Positions 13,418 through 26,368 of a stretch of DNA of 64,000 nucleotides are shown here, piece after piece. Made by a program: the position numbers and the translations under genes. The notes beneath the pieces are model-generated. The model was not told the DNA's origin and did no database searches. It was given only the letters and a program-made list of their open reading frames with translations. Source of the stretch: Tubiluchus corallicola (lineage: Eukaryota; Animalia; Priapulida); contig JAQGDQ010000454.1 of NCBI GenBank assembly GCA_030141605.1, forward strand, positions 62,001 through 126,000, written 5' to 3'. Numbering within the stretch: the stretch's first letter is position 1; every line of letters starts with the position of its first letter.

Positions 13418-13839
13418 CAAGGACGTGTAAACCAATATGTTAACTAGGCTATAGTCTAGGGCGTCAAAGTTCGAGGGGCGTCACATTTTAGAAAAAAATC
13501 TTATTCTCCTCGACAAAATGTGTATACTTTCATATTCATGTAAAGGTCGCTTTTTATAACACACCACAGACAGTTACTGAGCGCAGCTTTTTTATAGTGC
13601 CACATAACGAACAGGTGCAAAGTGCCACACAAGAAGCATTTACGCAGGTTGCTTGAATGTAAATGCCTTGCAAATACATGTAATTAATAATGACCACGTA
13701 GAAACAATTTATAGTGTTTTTAATATACCACAAGTAATTGTTTAATCTCCTCGTTACTTAAGCAACTATATATTCATAATAGATATTGATGGAACAGAAC
13801 TATCAGCCTAGGTCGTCCTAAAGTATTGATACGCCTCTG
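13418..13839 (-). mobile_element. Family D hAT-like MITE
   Basis: 8-bp TSD tctgcaga / tctgcagt; inverted homolog of 30527-30939. Confidence 0.85.
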
Positions 13840-14091
13840 TCTGCAGTTAGTGATGCAGGTGACATCTGTAGTCAGAGGGAGCGCCACTTTGAAGTGGGCG
13901 GGAGTGCTGGTTTCAATTATCACATAAGTGGATTGAAAGATTAATAGAAAATATCTGGTTTATGTGAATTGACACAGTTTCGTTTCGCTTACCACTCATA
14001 TGTTGTACATTTGGTCAACACATTTTTGGGCAACGATACCGGCAATTTCTTCTTTTTCTTCGTCGCCTTTTTTTCGCACATCTGTTTTCGT

Positions 14092-14719
14092 TTAAAGGAA
14101 AAGCGGATCCAATCTTAAATTGTAGGTCAAAACAATCTACTCTTTAAAATATTGAAAGAAACATACTGTTTTTTTTTCAAAAATGACTTACGTGAAAGAA
14201 TTATTACCATACAAACACAATTTCACGTTCACGCCACTTGTTCTTCGCTGTTACATGCATTTCGTCATTCACTAGTTAGATGGGCACTAGGGCATGCATT
14301 TCGGAAACGCATTGCACAAAAAACAGGCGCTGTAGCTCTCAGTTCAAATGCGTTCGTCTGTGATGAACTACACACGTTCGACGGTCAACAGCTCATGCGT
14401 GAGTACAGCAGTAGATTTGAAATTTGAATTTTTATCTTAAAGTTTGTCTAGTTTTAGTACGCACAAACTACAGTAACACTGCACTTCAATTTTCACTTTC
14501 ACAAACACGTGCTACACGCTCGTCGAATATTTTTCTGTTGAAAATTATGTTAGTTTGCTATGTCACCAATAGTTGGGCTCGCCCGTCGTTAGTTAAGTTT
14601 TTAGTCTATTATTTAATTATAAGAAGCGCTTTTGGACTGTTAATTGTGTGTTAAGATGTATACTTTTTATTGGACTTGAAAATGGCGTAGTATATGAAAA
14701 ATCATCCTGCCTTCCTTAA
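14092..14719 (+). mobile_element. Family A MITE, full length
   Basis: TTAAAGGAAAAGCGGA ... TCCTGCCTTCCTTAA. Confidence 0.9.
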
Positions 14720-14798
14720 ACTGAAGTTAGAAATTTTGTTGTTTTTAACTATAAATACAAATAGATCTCCAAAAATTAATCGCTCTCAGTTATTAATT

Positions 14799-14935
14799 AC
14801 GCATGCGCACTGGATACAGTTTGAGTTGTTTGTAGGAGCGGGTCAAGTGTAGCGGCTGCTTATGGTTTGTTTTGAGACAGTCTAAATCCCTAGTATTACA
14901 CCATCACGAAGCTCTAGGTGTTATTTATCCTGGCG
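14799..14935 (+). promoter_or_regulatory. Possible promoter plus non-coding exon
   Basis: NRF1-like ACGCATGCGCA at 14799, CpG-richer tract, donor GCG|gtaaga at 14936, GC box GGGGCGGG at about 14972. Confidence 0.3.
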
Positions 14936-15451
14936 GTAAGAATCTCGTTTATTGACCTCGGGAGAATACAAGGGGCGGGTCGGTCCTTGCTCCAGCTGGA
15001 GTGGTGGATCGTGGAAGGGCTGATTGCTTCATGATTTGATGTGATTTTGCTAGTGTTCACAGTTAAATGGAAGTCTCGTCATTCTTATTTACGGTATGAA
15101 TGAAGAATATGAAACACACAAATTGTGAAAAACTTTCTATTTTGTGCTCCCTATAATTTGACGTAGCAAATTTCGGCTGACGTTTGTGTCACATTCATTG
15201 TAGATAAAATGGAACAGCTGATAACGGTACGGGTAATAATCGTACAGTGAATATGACACAGGAAAAAGTGGGCACGAATGGAAAAGTGGGAAAAAATAAC
15301 ACCTAAGTTATTTTAATACAATTAAAAAATTTATTAAAATAATTATCCCTAACTCCCTAACTCACTTTAAATGTGTCTGTCTTACAGCGAGGATATTTTA
15401 TTATTATTGTTGTTATTGTTGTTGTTGTTGTTGTTATTGTTATTGTTGTTG

Positions 15452-15491
<40 letters not shown>

Positions 15492-15835
15492 TTAAATTTA
15501 TTTCATACATACTAGCATTGTATAAAAAAAACACCCAGCTATACTACAAAATTATGCTAGAAACTAATAAAATATATATACGCATTCATACACAACCAGA
15601 CACAAGCTGTTGGAAGAAACGGTCTAGTTTGTGGTGAAAATGGTGGGCATCTGGAATATTTGCTGTAGATTTTAACAATGGTCACACAAAGTTTTTTCTG
15701 AACGTCATTTTTTGATTTGTTTTAAAACTTCTGTATGTTTGGCAAAATCTGAGGAAATGATCTAAATGTTTATACACGGGTGTCTGCTGCATTCGAGTGG
15801 TAATTTTCAATTGATCCAACGGGTATTATAGCCAT

Positions 15836-16435
15836 AGATATCTTAGAATTAATAAATTGTATCACCGCAAATGTCTATTGTTTCTGCACAAGTGTTATAA
15901 TTAATGGGCTCCTTCCTCCTACATTTGTCAATTTTTTAACTCCTGTTCAACAAATCCATAACTATGTTACTCGTAGAACTATTGGTAACTTTTATCCTCC
16001 TGCCATTCCCACTAGTTACGGTTACCGAAATCACACTGCTAACCAATTATGGGCTCAAATTGCTCCTTGGGCAAAAGAATTTCAATTACAAGGTTTTAAA
16101 AAGCATTTATTTGATTTGTTACTAAACTCGTTACCCAACCTGCTAATTAAGTACCTCTAATCTTATTTGCCTGTGTTATTATCATTAATTGTTTTTATAG
16201 CTAAATATTGTTTTAACTTATATATTTTGTATGTATTTCTCCGTGTACGCCGAGCATGTGTTTGCGCAGTCTAGCGGTGAGTCTCGGAAGCTCACGCTCC
16301 TGCTCTCCTCGAGGCTGATTTTATAATTTTCAAACCGTAACTGTTTTTATTATCGTATTGTCATTATCATTATGTATATAGTTTAATGCTTTGTGTTGCA
16401 AATCAGCCAAATAAAGAACTGTTGAATTGAATTGA
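15836..16435 (+). mobile_element. L2/Crack-type LINE 3' remnant
   Basis: Frameshifted INKLYHRKCLLFLHKC...NGLLPPTF...IHNYVTR...PTSYGY...LWAQI...FKKHL; tail (TTGAA)n; the same 3' end occurs inverted at 20441-20497. Confidence 0.75.
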
Positions 16436-16739
16436 GTGTTGATGCTAATGCAAGCTCTATGCTCAATAAGACATGTAACTGATACGTGTGTAAACTTTCA
16501 AGACGAATTTTTCTAGCTTTATGTAAGCAAACGGTTTTCTTAAAATGAAAGTAACAGCTAACACACGCTTAAACAAAGACACTCTTGTCCTTTAACTAAT
16601 AAATTCATCAGTAATGAAACTTACAGTGTTCTAAACAATGAGTCAAGCATTTCAACGATTTTTTTATTGCATTTATAGTTAAAAACAACACAACTTTATT
16701 AAAAACTTTTGCATTTAAAAGTTAAAAGTTAAAATCACG

Positions 16740-16778
16740 CCAAACGTTTCGTCTAGCTACTGCTGTCATCACCAGTGG
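16740..16778 (-). ncRNA. Mutated hammerhead ribozyme motif (opposite arm)
   Basis: Reverse complement is CCA-CTGGTGA-tgacagcagtagctagac-GAAACGTT-TGG; core CTGATGA changed to CTGGTGA. Confidence 0.45.
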
Positions 16779-16880
16779 TAAATTTACAAATTACTTGCAT
16801 TACTTGCATACTTTACAAATTACTTAACTAGTGCATAATAGGCTCTGCCTATATAAACTGGTTGTATGTTTGTAAATTTA

Positions 16881-16919
16881 CCACTGATGATGACAACAGC
16901 AGCTATTCGAAACGTTTGG
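16881..16919 (+). ncRNA. Minimal type I hammerhead ribozyme motif
   Basis: CCA-CTGATGA-tgacaacagcagctattc-GAAA-CG-TT-TGG: core boxes intact, stem I CCA/TGG, palindromic ACGT stem III as in Penelope-type minimal hammerheads; stem II imperfect. Confidence 0.6.
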
Positions 16920-17390
16920 CATGATTTTAACTTTTAACTTTTTAATGTAAAAGTTTATTAAAGTTGTGTTGTTTTTAACTATAAATATTTTTATGTGTCT
17001 GTAATAAAAATTAGCTTATTTAATTCTACATACATTGGCATAATTTCTGTCTTTTTTTGACAAAAAGCTCGTTGGTCAGTGAGTTGCTGTGTGAACGAAC
17101 TCACCTCGCTATATGAACACCACTTTATAGGTTAGTATGTAGTGAATGACTGATAGATCTTGTTAATTGTTATAATTCTTATTCTCGAAGTTAATTTGAA
17201 TTTGTTGAACCGTGGAAAGTTTAGGTCAATCAAGATTGAAATAGTCGAGATTTTTGCGTGTTGAAGACTTCAACCATAAAACTCAGTTCAGAAATGCCAG
17301 TCGAAAGTATGGAATCATAATATTTGGCGTGCAAATAGCAGATTGCAGTAAAAATAGGATAATATTTAGCAAAGTGTTAAACGAAGCGTG

Positions 17391-17404
17391 GTTGCCATAG
17401 CAAC
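17391..17404. promoter_or_regulatory. RFX X-box motif
   Basis: GTTGCCATAGCAAC, a near-perfect palindromic X-box in unique sequence. Confidence 0.5.
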
Positions 17405-17999
17405 CGAGACGGTAAAAACGATTCCAACGTTTTCTCTCATAATATTCCTAGCCGAGATACAACTCGTAAATTATTTTCTTACTAAACATTGTACACAGCA
17501 GCCAGCACCCCTGGTATTTGACGGCCAGCACCCCCTGTCGGTTATTTTGTCTAATGTCCCAGCGGCAAGTCTTAAGTCGCTTGACTAAATTACTTTAATA
17601 GAGACTATTAGCACTTTCAATCCAGAGGACTAAATATTAGGTGAAGCTCACGTGCCTCCATCTACCCGTTACTATTTTTATTCCAGAGCAAGTCATTAAG
17701 CTTTGCAGGCCTGAAAAATTACTCTTAATACATTAGTTCCTAAAGCGAACAGCAGACCTAAGGTGGCATTATTAAAATTAGGAAAGTAACGCGGGGAGTG
17801 ATGAACTGATCCACCCGTTCCTTTCTCCATTAGATGTCGAGTTGCTTCCAGAGATACCCTGGGGCGAGCGGTGGTGGACAGGTTTATTAGGAATAGCAGC
17901 ATTTTCAGGTAATAAGTAAAATGAAACCTCGTTTATTTCTACTTCCACAGATCAGCTCACTAGAGGTTCCTAAAAGCAGACAGTTGGTTTACAGTCCTC

Positions 18000-18260
18000 G
18001 TTTTTCACTACTTCTTATTGGCTTACCTTGAATGTTTCTAAATGTGAAACAGCTGCTTATAAATCCAATTTTTATTCGGGTTTCTTATCTGTGGAACTCT
18101 TATCGGAAAATTCGTTCGCTTTTGCCTGCAATATCACGTGATTCAAAAGGAATGTATACCTTCTATAATTACTAAATTACTTAATTAATTATGGGAATTC
18201 TGTTTCCTTGGACATGATCTATCTTCATCTTTTACCATATTGAAAGTGGCCATTGGCCTT
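18000..18260 (+). mobile_element. CR1/L2-group LINE 3' remnant
   Basis: Frameshifted SKCETAAYKSNF..RVSYLWNS...FKRNV; shares a 3' gtg(g/a)ccattgg motif with the 5020 copy. Confidence 0.55.
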
Positions 18261-18809
18261 TCGGGGGGGGATTTGTATTAAAAAGGTCAATCGCTATACG
18301 GCCCATCCATTTCTATGTGTTTGTTTTATCAAATAGAACTTTCGTTTAGCCCTCTACAGCTTCTAGTACCTTCCTGTTTACGTGTCAAAGTTTATGGCTA
18401 GTCAAAATCAGGTGAACTGACCTTTAGAGGATAAACTTTGAAGCAGCTGCTAAGTGCTATTGTGTTTCACTGACCGCTGGTCAAGTTTGTCCAGTATTTG
18501 CCTCTAGCCAGAGTTAATGTATTGCGGCAGTAATTGCTGGGTAAATTGGACAATGTCCAGTCAAATTTCCGCCAGGCCTTTTGGCCCAGTGTCCACGCGT
18601 CTATTGTGGCGAGGATTAAGTTTATTGAGATTCCATTCACTGTATTATGTACAGCTGTAGGCTTATAACTGCCGACTTAAATAGAATTACTCGAGCATGC
18701 GCAGATAAAGTGAAGGAAATATACCGACAGTATTTAAACATTGTTTTTAACATTTTACATTAGCCAGAAATAATTTGGACATGCTCTTTCCTATTTGTTC
18801 TCTCTCTCG

Positions 18810-18861
<52 letters not shown>

Positions 18862-18927
18862 CCCTCATCTCTCTCCCCCTCTCTCTTTCTCTCCCTCTGT
18901 CTTTCTCTTCGCTCCTCTCTCTCCCCT

Positions 18928-18981
<54 letters not shown>

Positions 18982-19492
18982 CTTTTCTCATTCGCTGAGT
19001 GTTAGGAATGCTTAGAAGCTGCTGCCACCTCAGACCGGCTTTTTTCAAGTAACTGGCTTCATCTAACTACTACTGAAGTTAAATAACGCTGGCTGGCCTG
19101 GCTTCCCGTCAAGTTCTCGTAACTAGAGCCTCAGGTTTACATTCGCGCCATCTGTATGCCACGAAAAGAATGAATTTCCAGCATAAATCAGCCTGAGAGG
19201 GCGTGTGAGAATGAATCAGTTCCTGAACTAAAATAACAAAACTAAACTTCGTTCGAAGTCCAATCTTGCTACTTTTTTGTCAATTATTCATGCACTCCGC
19301 GGTCAATCCAGTCTGTCAATCACCCAAATAAGCAAACAATTTATCAGCCAATCACCCAAAAGCTAACCAGCCTGTCAGCCGACCAACCAATCACTCAAAC
19401 AACTGAAAGACCATCTAACCGTCCGATTAACAAACAGACCAACCAAGCTGTACTAGCAAATCATGCCTTTTTGCTTAGCCAATCAGCAAACT

Positions 19493-20154
19493 TTAGAGGA
19501 CAAAAAGGGGTACCAGAAGTAGGTTTCTGAAAAATCGCCTTAAAAATTATACCGCTTTATAGCAATTTTATGCACATATCGTGCTCGCGTTGAAAGAATT
19601 TTTTGTTTGTTTTAATTTTAAATCTCCCGCAATACTGTTCCGACGAGGCCATTACATGACGTCATATATCCACAACGTAAATCAGGAGAAGAAAAGGAAA
19701 TGTTAAGCTATGTCCAAAAAAATTTCCATGCAAATCTATATTACACTTGAAATACATATTTAACTAGAAAAGAAAATTATTAATTATTTAAAATGTCTTC
19801 ACCAATTGGTAAAAAATGTCGCAGACTCACCCTAAAGGGTGTACCACTCACTAACCAAAAATGTATTTTTATTCTTATTGACAAGATACAGTAATTTAAA
19901 ATTTTGCTGACGTGTGCTTAGAATCCTCTGATTATTTTTTCAAACTTTACACAATGTTATCTAAACTTGTTTCAAATGACATATCGTCAAAATGGCTGCA
20001 CCCAACGGTCATCGCAGGAGTTTAAATTCACATGTTTTATGCAGCGTTACTGTCGACGCAAGCCCTGTATGCAAAAGGCAGTATGCTAGTGGTAGAAAAT
20101 TTCAAGACGAATTTTTTAAGCTCTATGTAAGTGGAGGGTTTTCTTGTGATATAA
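19493..20154 (+). mobile_element. Family B MITE, full length
   Basis: Aligns end to end with 12682-13350. Confidence 0.88.
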
Positions 20155-20806
20155 CTATGAGGTTGGAAACAATTTACTTGAATTTTGCACATGCCCATCT
20201 GTTGCTAAGCTGGTTCCTTGCATTTTTGCTCCTGCGTCTGTCATCACGTGTATCATTAACTACCATAATTACCTTTCACTGAATTCCAGCGCAACACTCG
20301 CACAATTCATTACCTAATTAGTGTAATTAAAACGGTAATTATTGCATAATAGTTATCCTAGATGGTCGGCAGATGCAGTAAATGGTTCGAAGGTGATTCT
20401 TTGTTTTCCAGGTTCTTAAGGCACAACAAAATTCTTTAATTCATTTCAATTCAATTCAGTTATTTTTTATTTGGTTGATTTGCAACACAGAACGTTAGCA
20501 TAGGCCCCAAAAGGTCATAATATCTGACCCTGCCTGTAATGTATACCTTCCTATAAAGAGTGAACTTAAATTTTCGGGAAATTGAAACACATTCGCCTCT
20601 AATTTCTGGCCAGATAATTATGGCTGTTTTCCGCTTCTGTAGTTCAGCTGAACAGTGTGATTATGGTTCAACACATGGCCCTTGTGCTGTTCCGTAGCCT
20701 CTGGATAATCCCCACATATTTATAGAACTGGCACGCGTCTCAGGACCGTATCTAGATCTCGGAGGGTGTTGGCACTTGACAAATCTATGAATAGTGGCCT
20801 GTGGAT

Positions 20807-20945
20807 GTGGCGGATCTGCCATTTTAAATCAAATTATATGGTGCTTAGGGGTAAATTGTGTACTTGTGTATACTAATTGCTAAGGTTTCAAGTTTTTTCT
20901 TACTGTTTTTTGGAATTTGAACCACTCCCCTCCCGATCCGCCACT
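20807..20945. mobile_element. Short MITE
   Basis: TIRs GTGGCGGATC ... GATCCGCCAC. Confidence 0.6.
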
Positions 20946-21301
20946 CCTCCCCCACAGTTACTGAAAGGCATAAACAAAGCTGTAACGTACAATGTCTTAT
21001 AGACATTATATGTTACAGCGATAATTTGCATATCACTTTTCGGCACGTGCCACACTACTGACCATTGTCCGGACAACTACTGACCACTGCCGACCATTGT
21101 CTGACCAATGTCTAACAGCTGTCCTGTAGTTAATTGGTTATCATCTTAAAAGAGAGAGACAGATTGAGAGAGAGGGTCTGTGTGTGAAAGAGATAGAGTG
21201 AGAGGGAAGAAGGAAAGTGAGAGAGGGAGAGAGAGAAGTGGAAAGGAAGACTAGGAGAAAGAGAGAGAGAGAGAGAGAGAGAGGGAGAGGAAGAGAGAGA
21301 G

Positions 21302-21389
<88 letters not shown>

Positions 21390-21640
21390 CGGCAGAAACC
21401 CTTTTGACCCAAGTTTATATTTGTCGATACGCTTCTATTTATCCTATGTCTGCCTTAACGGTCTTGCTGGTATCTGGGGTAACTATGGCGCTTGCTAAAT
21501 CTTATGATGTTGACAACAACAACAGTTCGTGTTTGTCCAGCCTATGGTCAATATTTTCCGTAGAATGACTCATGTTCCCATCTGGGAGTGTATTGGCTAG
21601 GACAATTCTTGTAAACGCTGTTAGCACAGCAGGGAAAGTG

Positions 21641-21873
21641 TTAAAGGAAAACCGGACCCAGTCTTAAACTGCAGGTCAAAACAATTTACTCCTTAAAATA
21701 TTGAAAGGGAGCATACTATTTTTTCAAAAATGACTTACGTGAAAGAATTATTATCACACAAACACAATTTCACGCAAGCCATTTTTGAAAAAATGAAGTA
21801 TGTTTCTTTTCAATATTTTAAAGAGTAGATTGTTTTGACCTGCAGTTTAAGATTGGGTCCGCTATTTCTTTAA
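21641..21873. mobile_element. Family A fold-back derivative (two left ends in inverted orientation)
   Basis: 21641-21775 is the left end on +; about 21779-21873 is the same left end inverted; TTAA at both ends. Confidence 0.8.
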
Positions 21874-22161
21874 TAAGAGAAAAATAACCCGCGAAAAAGC
21901 ATAAAAATGAAGCAGAATAACAAAGAAGAATATAATTAAAACCTTTAGACTTTATTTTGCTGAATTTCTTTGAAAATCTGATTTTTAAAATTCTGTTTCC
22001 ATATTGTGGTAACAGTTCGTTCACGTAAACCTTTCTTGAAGAAATACCATGTTCTGTTTCCATATCTTACAGGCTACGTTGTTTTGAGCTATTGTTTAAG
22101 GTTGTGTCCGGTTTTCATTTAAAGCATTTGCAAATAATGTCTTTTCTGGACGACCCTGCAG

Positions 22162-22645
22162 TAGTGATGGCCGATTTTGAAATTTTGAAATTCGATTATA
22201 ATGGTGTTCTTGTAATTCGATGTCACGATTAATCTAATGCAGCAATTTTTAGTGTTTTGGCCATATTTTTCAATGATTGCAGTGGAATATAGCCTATAAC
22301 GTCTTCACCGCTTCATCATTGCCTGCCATTTTCGCACTTGGGAACCATTTTTTTAAACACATACCTGGTTTTTCGTCAACTACTCTATGACTACATCACT
22401 ACACGCGTCACGTGTCAACGAATTTGGAGCCCAAAGTTTGCAACACTGGTTCACAATTGTGTGCATTGTGGAAGATGAAAAAAATGAAGAAAAGGCGCAA
22501 CGATTCGATTTACTAGGGCTAACATACTTCCTTTTAGTCAGTGTGTAACACGTATATTTTGCTGTCGATTAATTGGCGAATATATCGATTTATACATGGT
22601 TGTAGTCTCGATTAATTCGATTAATCTATTAATCGCCCATCACTG
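22162..22645. mobile_element. hAT-like MITE with subterminal CGATT repeats
   Basis: TIRs TAGTGATGGCCGATT ... AATCGCCCATCACTG; 8-bp TSD ccctgcag / ccatgcag. Confidence 0.8.
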
Positions 22646-23327
22646 CCATGCAGTTTTTTTGATTATGATGAGTTCTTGTTTTTATTCTTTTTCTTTATGT
22701 TATTACTGACTAAATTAGTCGATATTCTGTTGGTCTCGTCATTTTCTAGAATTTTCTGAGAATAAAGGTGCCGAAGGGTTAAATTTATCATTACTACCTG
22801 TTTTCTTGTTGGAGGTGAATTTTTTTAAAACTCGTAATGGCAACTCAGGGAAGAAACTGGAGGTGAATTTTATGACGTCACACGAGCCGGAAAGTTTAAT
22901 AAAATCGTGTACCTCATAAAATTTACCGCTTATTTTGACAGGCACTTTATTGGGTTAATTTAAACGGTTGTTAAATTTATAAATAATTTTTATGGGCTAG
23001 TCGCGTGTTCACTTCTGTTGAGTTGAATTCTAGCTGAGTGTATATTTTGATAAACAGTTGCGTAATGTACAATGTGTTATGTATGTGTATATAATGCAAT
23101 GTATATAGCTTATATGTATTTTGACAAACAGCGTATAATGTATAATATATGTATGCTTGCATACCAAAACCGTCTATAAGTCGGCATAGTTAAAACTACG
23201 TTATAATGCTACAAAGTAGAATGACCCCAAAATGTCAAATATTCGTTTTTACGGTTTCGATAAATATATTGGACTTTTATATTCTAGCTTCAAATTATCA
23301 AGAAAGTGTTCAAAAAACACTTAAAAC

Positions 23328-23859
23328 TTAAAAGAAAACCCTACGATTGTGTAAACATTACTTCAGAATAAGGTATGCTCTAAAATATTGAAAACTAAAA
23401 TAGCTTTTTTATATCAAAGCTTACATTAAATAATAATTACCTCGGATACTCAAATTTCTTTACACTTTCAAAGCTGCGCGGGGCTCAGTGAATCTACTAA
23501 GATTGGCAACGGCGCTTTTTTGTTACGCGCGCGTGGCCGACAAACCATGATCATGAAGTACAGCGTTAGTTTCTGACGTCATGTGATGTAGAGTCCATTT
23601 TTGTGACATCACATGGCAGGCGTTTAAACAGTACTGTAACACCTAATGTGCTATAATGCGCAAGAGAAGACGTCTGCCATTGCACAAACTGTGGTTAGTT
23701 TCTGACGTAAGCAAAAGCTGTGTCCGGCTGCCGTTAATTAACTTTCTAAGCTAATTATTAAAATACAAGAAACAATTACTAACTTTTATAGGCAAGAAAA
23801 CGTATATTTTGGAAGTAAATTAATATGAGATTAGTCTAAATCATCCGGTTTTCTTTTAA
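23328..23859 (+). mobile_element. Family E TTAA-flanked Kolobok-like MITE
   Basis: TTAA-AAGAAAACC ... GGTTTTCTT-TTAA; inverted homolog at 59630-60140. Confidence 0.85.
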
Positions 23860-24654
23860 TTTTATAACTCCAATTGTAACTCGTGGTAGCTTTCAGGATC
23901 ACTTTGCTTCGGGTTTTTTCTGTTGCCGAGCCCAGATCTTCGTCAGTAAGAGCCATCTACCGGATTTAAACATAACTCCAATGTGTTCTTGCGAAGTCCA
24001 TAGCAACAATAATATGTGTCGTTGCTAAGTGTTTTGTAGAAACGCGACAAAAAACAATGGCTCAGTTTAACAGAGATTTTCTCAAGATTATGTTTTTCAG
24101 TGAGCAGCCTGCATCTCAACTTCAACGCGGATTATCTCAGCTTAGAATAACATAGAGCGATGAACTTGGTACCAAAATGATCGCCATGAAATGGAAATTC
24201 AGGACAGAAAAACTCAATTGCCGACTTAAGCTATGCAAGCACACATATGTATTATATATATGCCAATAATGTAATGTATTTGATGAAGTTTCTTGTATAT
24301 AATATACAAATTACGTTACTTAACCTCCCTTGACTAACCTGCACCTCTAATCGCATTCTTCTCTATACACAATTTTAAACCGTGACTTGTTTTGCTTAAC
24401 CCTTTAAATAAAATAATTAAATAAGTGGAATATTTAATGTTATTCTTCTTTTATATTGGACGCCAGATGGCAGCAGGGCTTTCTGGACAGAAGGCTAATC
24501 TGTACTTGATGCTAATTAGATTGAGGTCTGCATATGCATTGAGCGATCTCTGGAGAAGGGATATCAAAGCTCCCCAATGAGGTTCTGGGAATTGTCGTTC
24601 TTCCTAGTATTAGTTGAAGACAGTTAGGATCACCTTTATGATTGTTTCAATATA

Positions 24655-24689
24655 TATGTATGTATGATGTACGTATGTATGTATGTATG

Positions 24690-24723
<34 letters not shown>

Positions 24724-24841
24724 TGTATGTATGTATGTATGTATGTATGTATGTATGTATGTATGTATGTATGTATGTATGTATGTACGTATGTACGTAT
24801 GTACGTATGTACGTATGTACGTATGTACGTATGTACGTATG

Positions 24842-24875
<34 letters not shown>

Positions 24876-24878
24876 TAT
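24655..24878. repeat. (TATG)n / (TACGTATG)n microsatellite
   Basis: Direct inspection. Confidence 0.97.
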
Positions 24879-24995
24879 GCACATTCGACAATTGGTGCTG
24901 AACCTATTAAAAACAAAACAGATAGATAGCTACATTTTCTATTTCAATTTCAAAATCTCATTTATGTTCACTAAAACAAACCATTGCACTAACTA

Positions 24996-25026
<31 letters not shown>

Positions 25027-25705
25027 GCTTATACATAAAAACACAAAAACATTCTAAGTAATCCACAGTACAATAGAATGGTAATTTTTTGTGAATTATA
25101 GAGCAGTTCAATTTCAAGCTATAAGGAAAATCAATCAGTTACACAGATGAATAGGGCATATACAGGCTCGTACTGTATTGAAGTCAATTTTTGTCAAAAA
25201 AGGTGGAATTTAGATAACTTATTTTGTCATTTAAAAGGTATTTTTGGAACTGGAAAGATTGGATGAATGGATGAGTTAATGAACGAATAATTGAATAAAT
25301 GTCGAGTGCATAAGCCTGGCCTTCTCCCCTCCTATTATAAACTCGTTTGATTTAGTTGAAATGTATTTATCATTTTATTATTTTTAATCGTGTAAATATT
25401 AATGTATTTATGAATGAAATCTATAAATGAATTATATCTGGTAGAAAATTATATCTGTTATCAATTTTGATCATTACCTTAGTTTTGCGCATGCGCAAAC
25501 GTTTAGATATTAAATTAATTAACTTTATCATTGTCAGACAAATCTTTACTGATGATTTCACAAACTCAATGATAATCAGCTGCTGATTCTGGCCTCTCCT
25601 CATCCCGTGAGTGGCAGGATGCGTCATACTTCTGCTTCATTTATCTAGGACAGTATCATTCCAAATGGGGGGAAGCATATGAGGTTGTGCCGCCCAGGTG
25701 TTAGT

Positions 25706-26368
25706 TTAAAGGACAGAATAGGGGTACCTGAACTAGGTTTCAGAAAAATCGCCTTAAAAATTTATGTTACTTTACGGCAGTTTTATGTATATATTATACT
25801 CGCGTTAAAAGGATTTTTTGTTTGTTTTCATTTTAAATCTCCCGCAATACTGTTCCTACGGCGCCATTACATGACGTCATATACGAGCAACGTAAATCAG
25901 GGGGAAAAGGAAATGTTAAATTATGTCCCAAAAAACTTTCCATGCAAATTTATATTACTTAACGTTTCGCTTACCGTTTCGTTGGAAAGACTTATTTCAA
26001 ATGTTCGTGCCAATTTGTAAAATGTCGCTGACTCACCTCCAGTGTGCACCACTCACTAACCACAAACGTATTCTTAATCTTATTGAAGTGATACAGTAAT
26101 TTAAAATTTTACTTAGTTAGTGACATGTGCACTACGAATGCTCTGATTATTTTTTCAAAGTTTGCACAATGTTATCTCAACTTGTTTCAAATGACCTGTC
26201 GTCAAAATGGCTGCGTCTAACCGTCACCAGGGAGTTTAAATTTACAAGTTTTATACAGCGTTACTGCCGGCGCAAGTCCTGTTTGCAAAAAGGCAGTGTA
26301 TAAGTGGTATAAAATTTCAAGACGAATTTTTTAAGCCTTATGTAAGTGGAGGGTTTTCTGTGCTTTAA
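25706..26368 (+). mobile_element. Family B MITE, full length
   Basis: TTAAAGGACAG ... CTGTGCTTTAA. Confidence 0.9.

Larger units (their letters stand above)
16671..16986. mobile_element. Penelope-like element remnant: inverted pseudo-LTR pair
   Basis: Inverted arms of about 120 bp (16671-16791 / 16869-16986) around a spacer of about 77 bp; each arm carries a minimal hammerhead motif. Confidence 0.7.

Noticed and set aside
25679-26020. ORFs inside families A and B (also 4329, 14152, 14424, 27329, 34729, 54303)
   Set aside because: Frames are not conserved between copies and show no transposase motifs.
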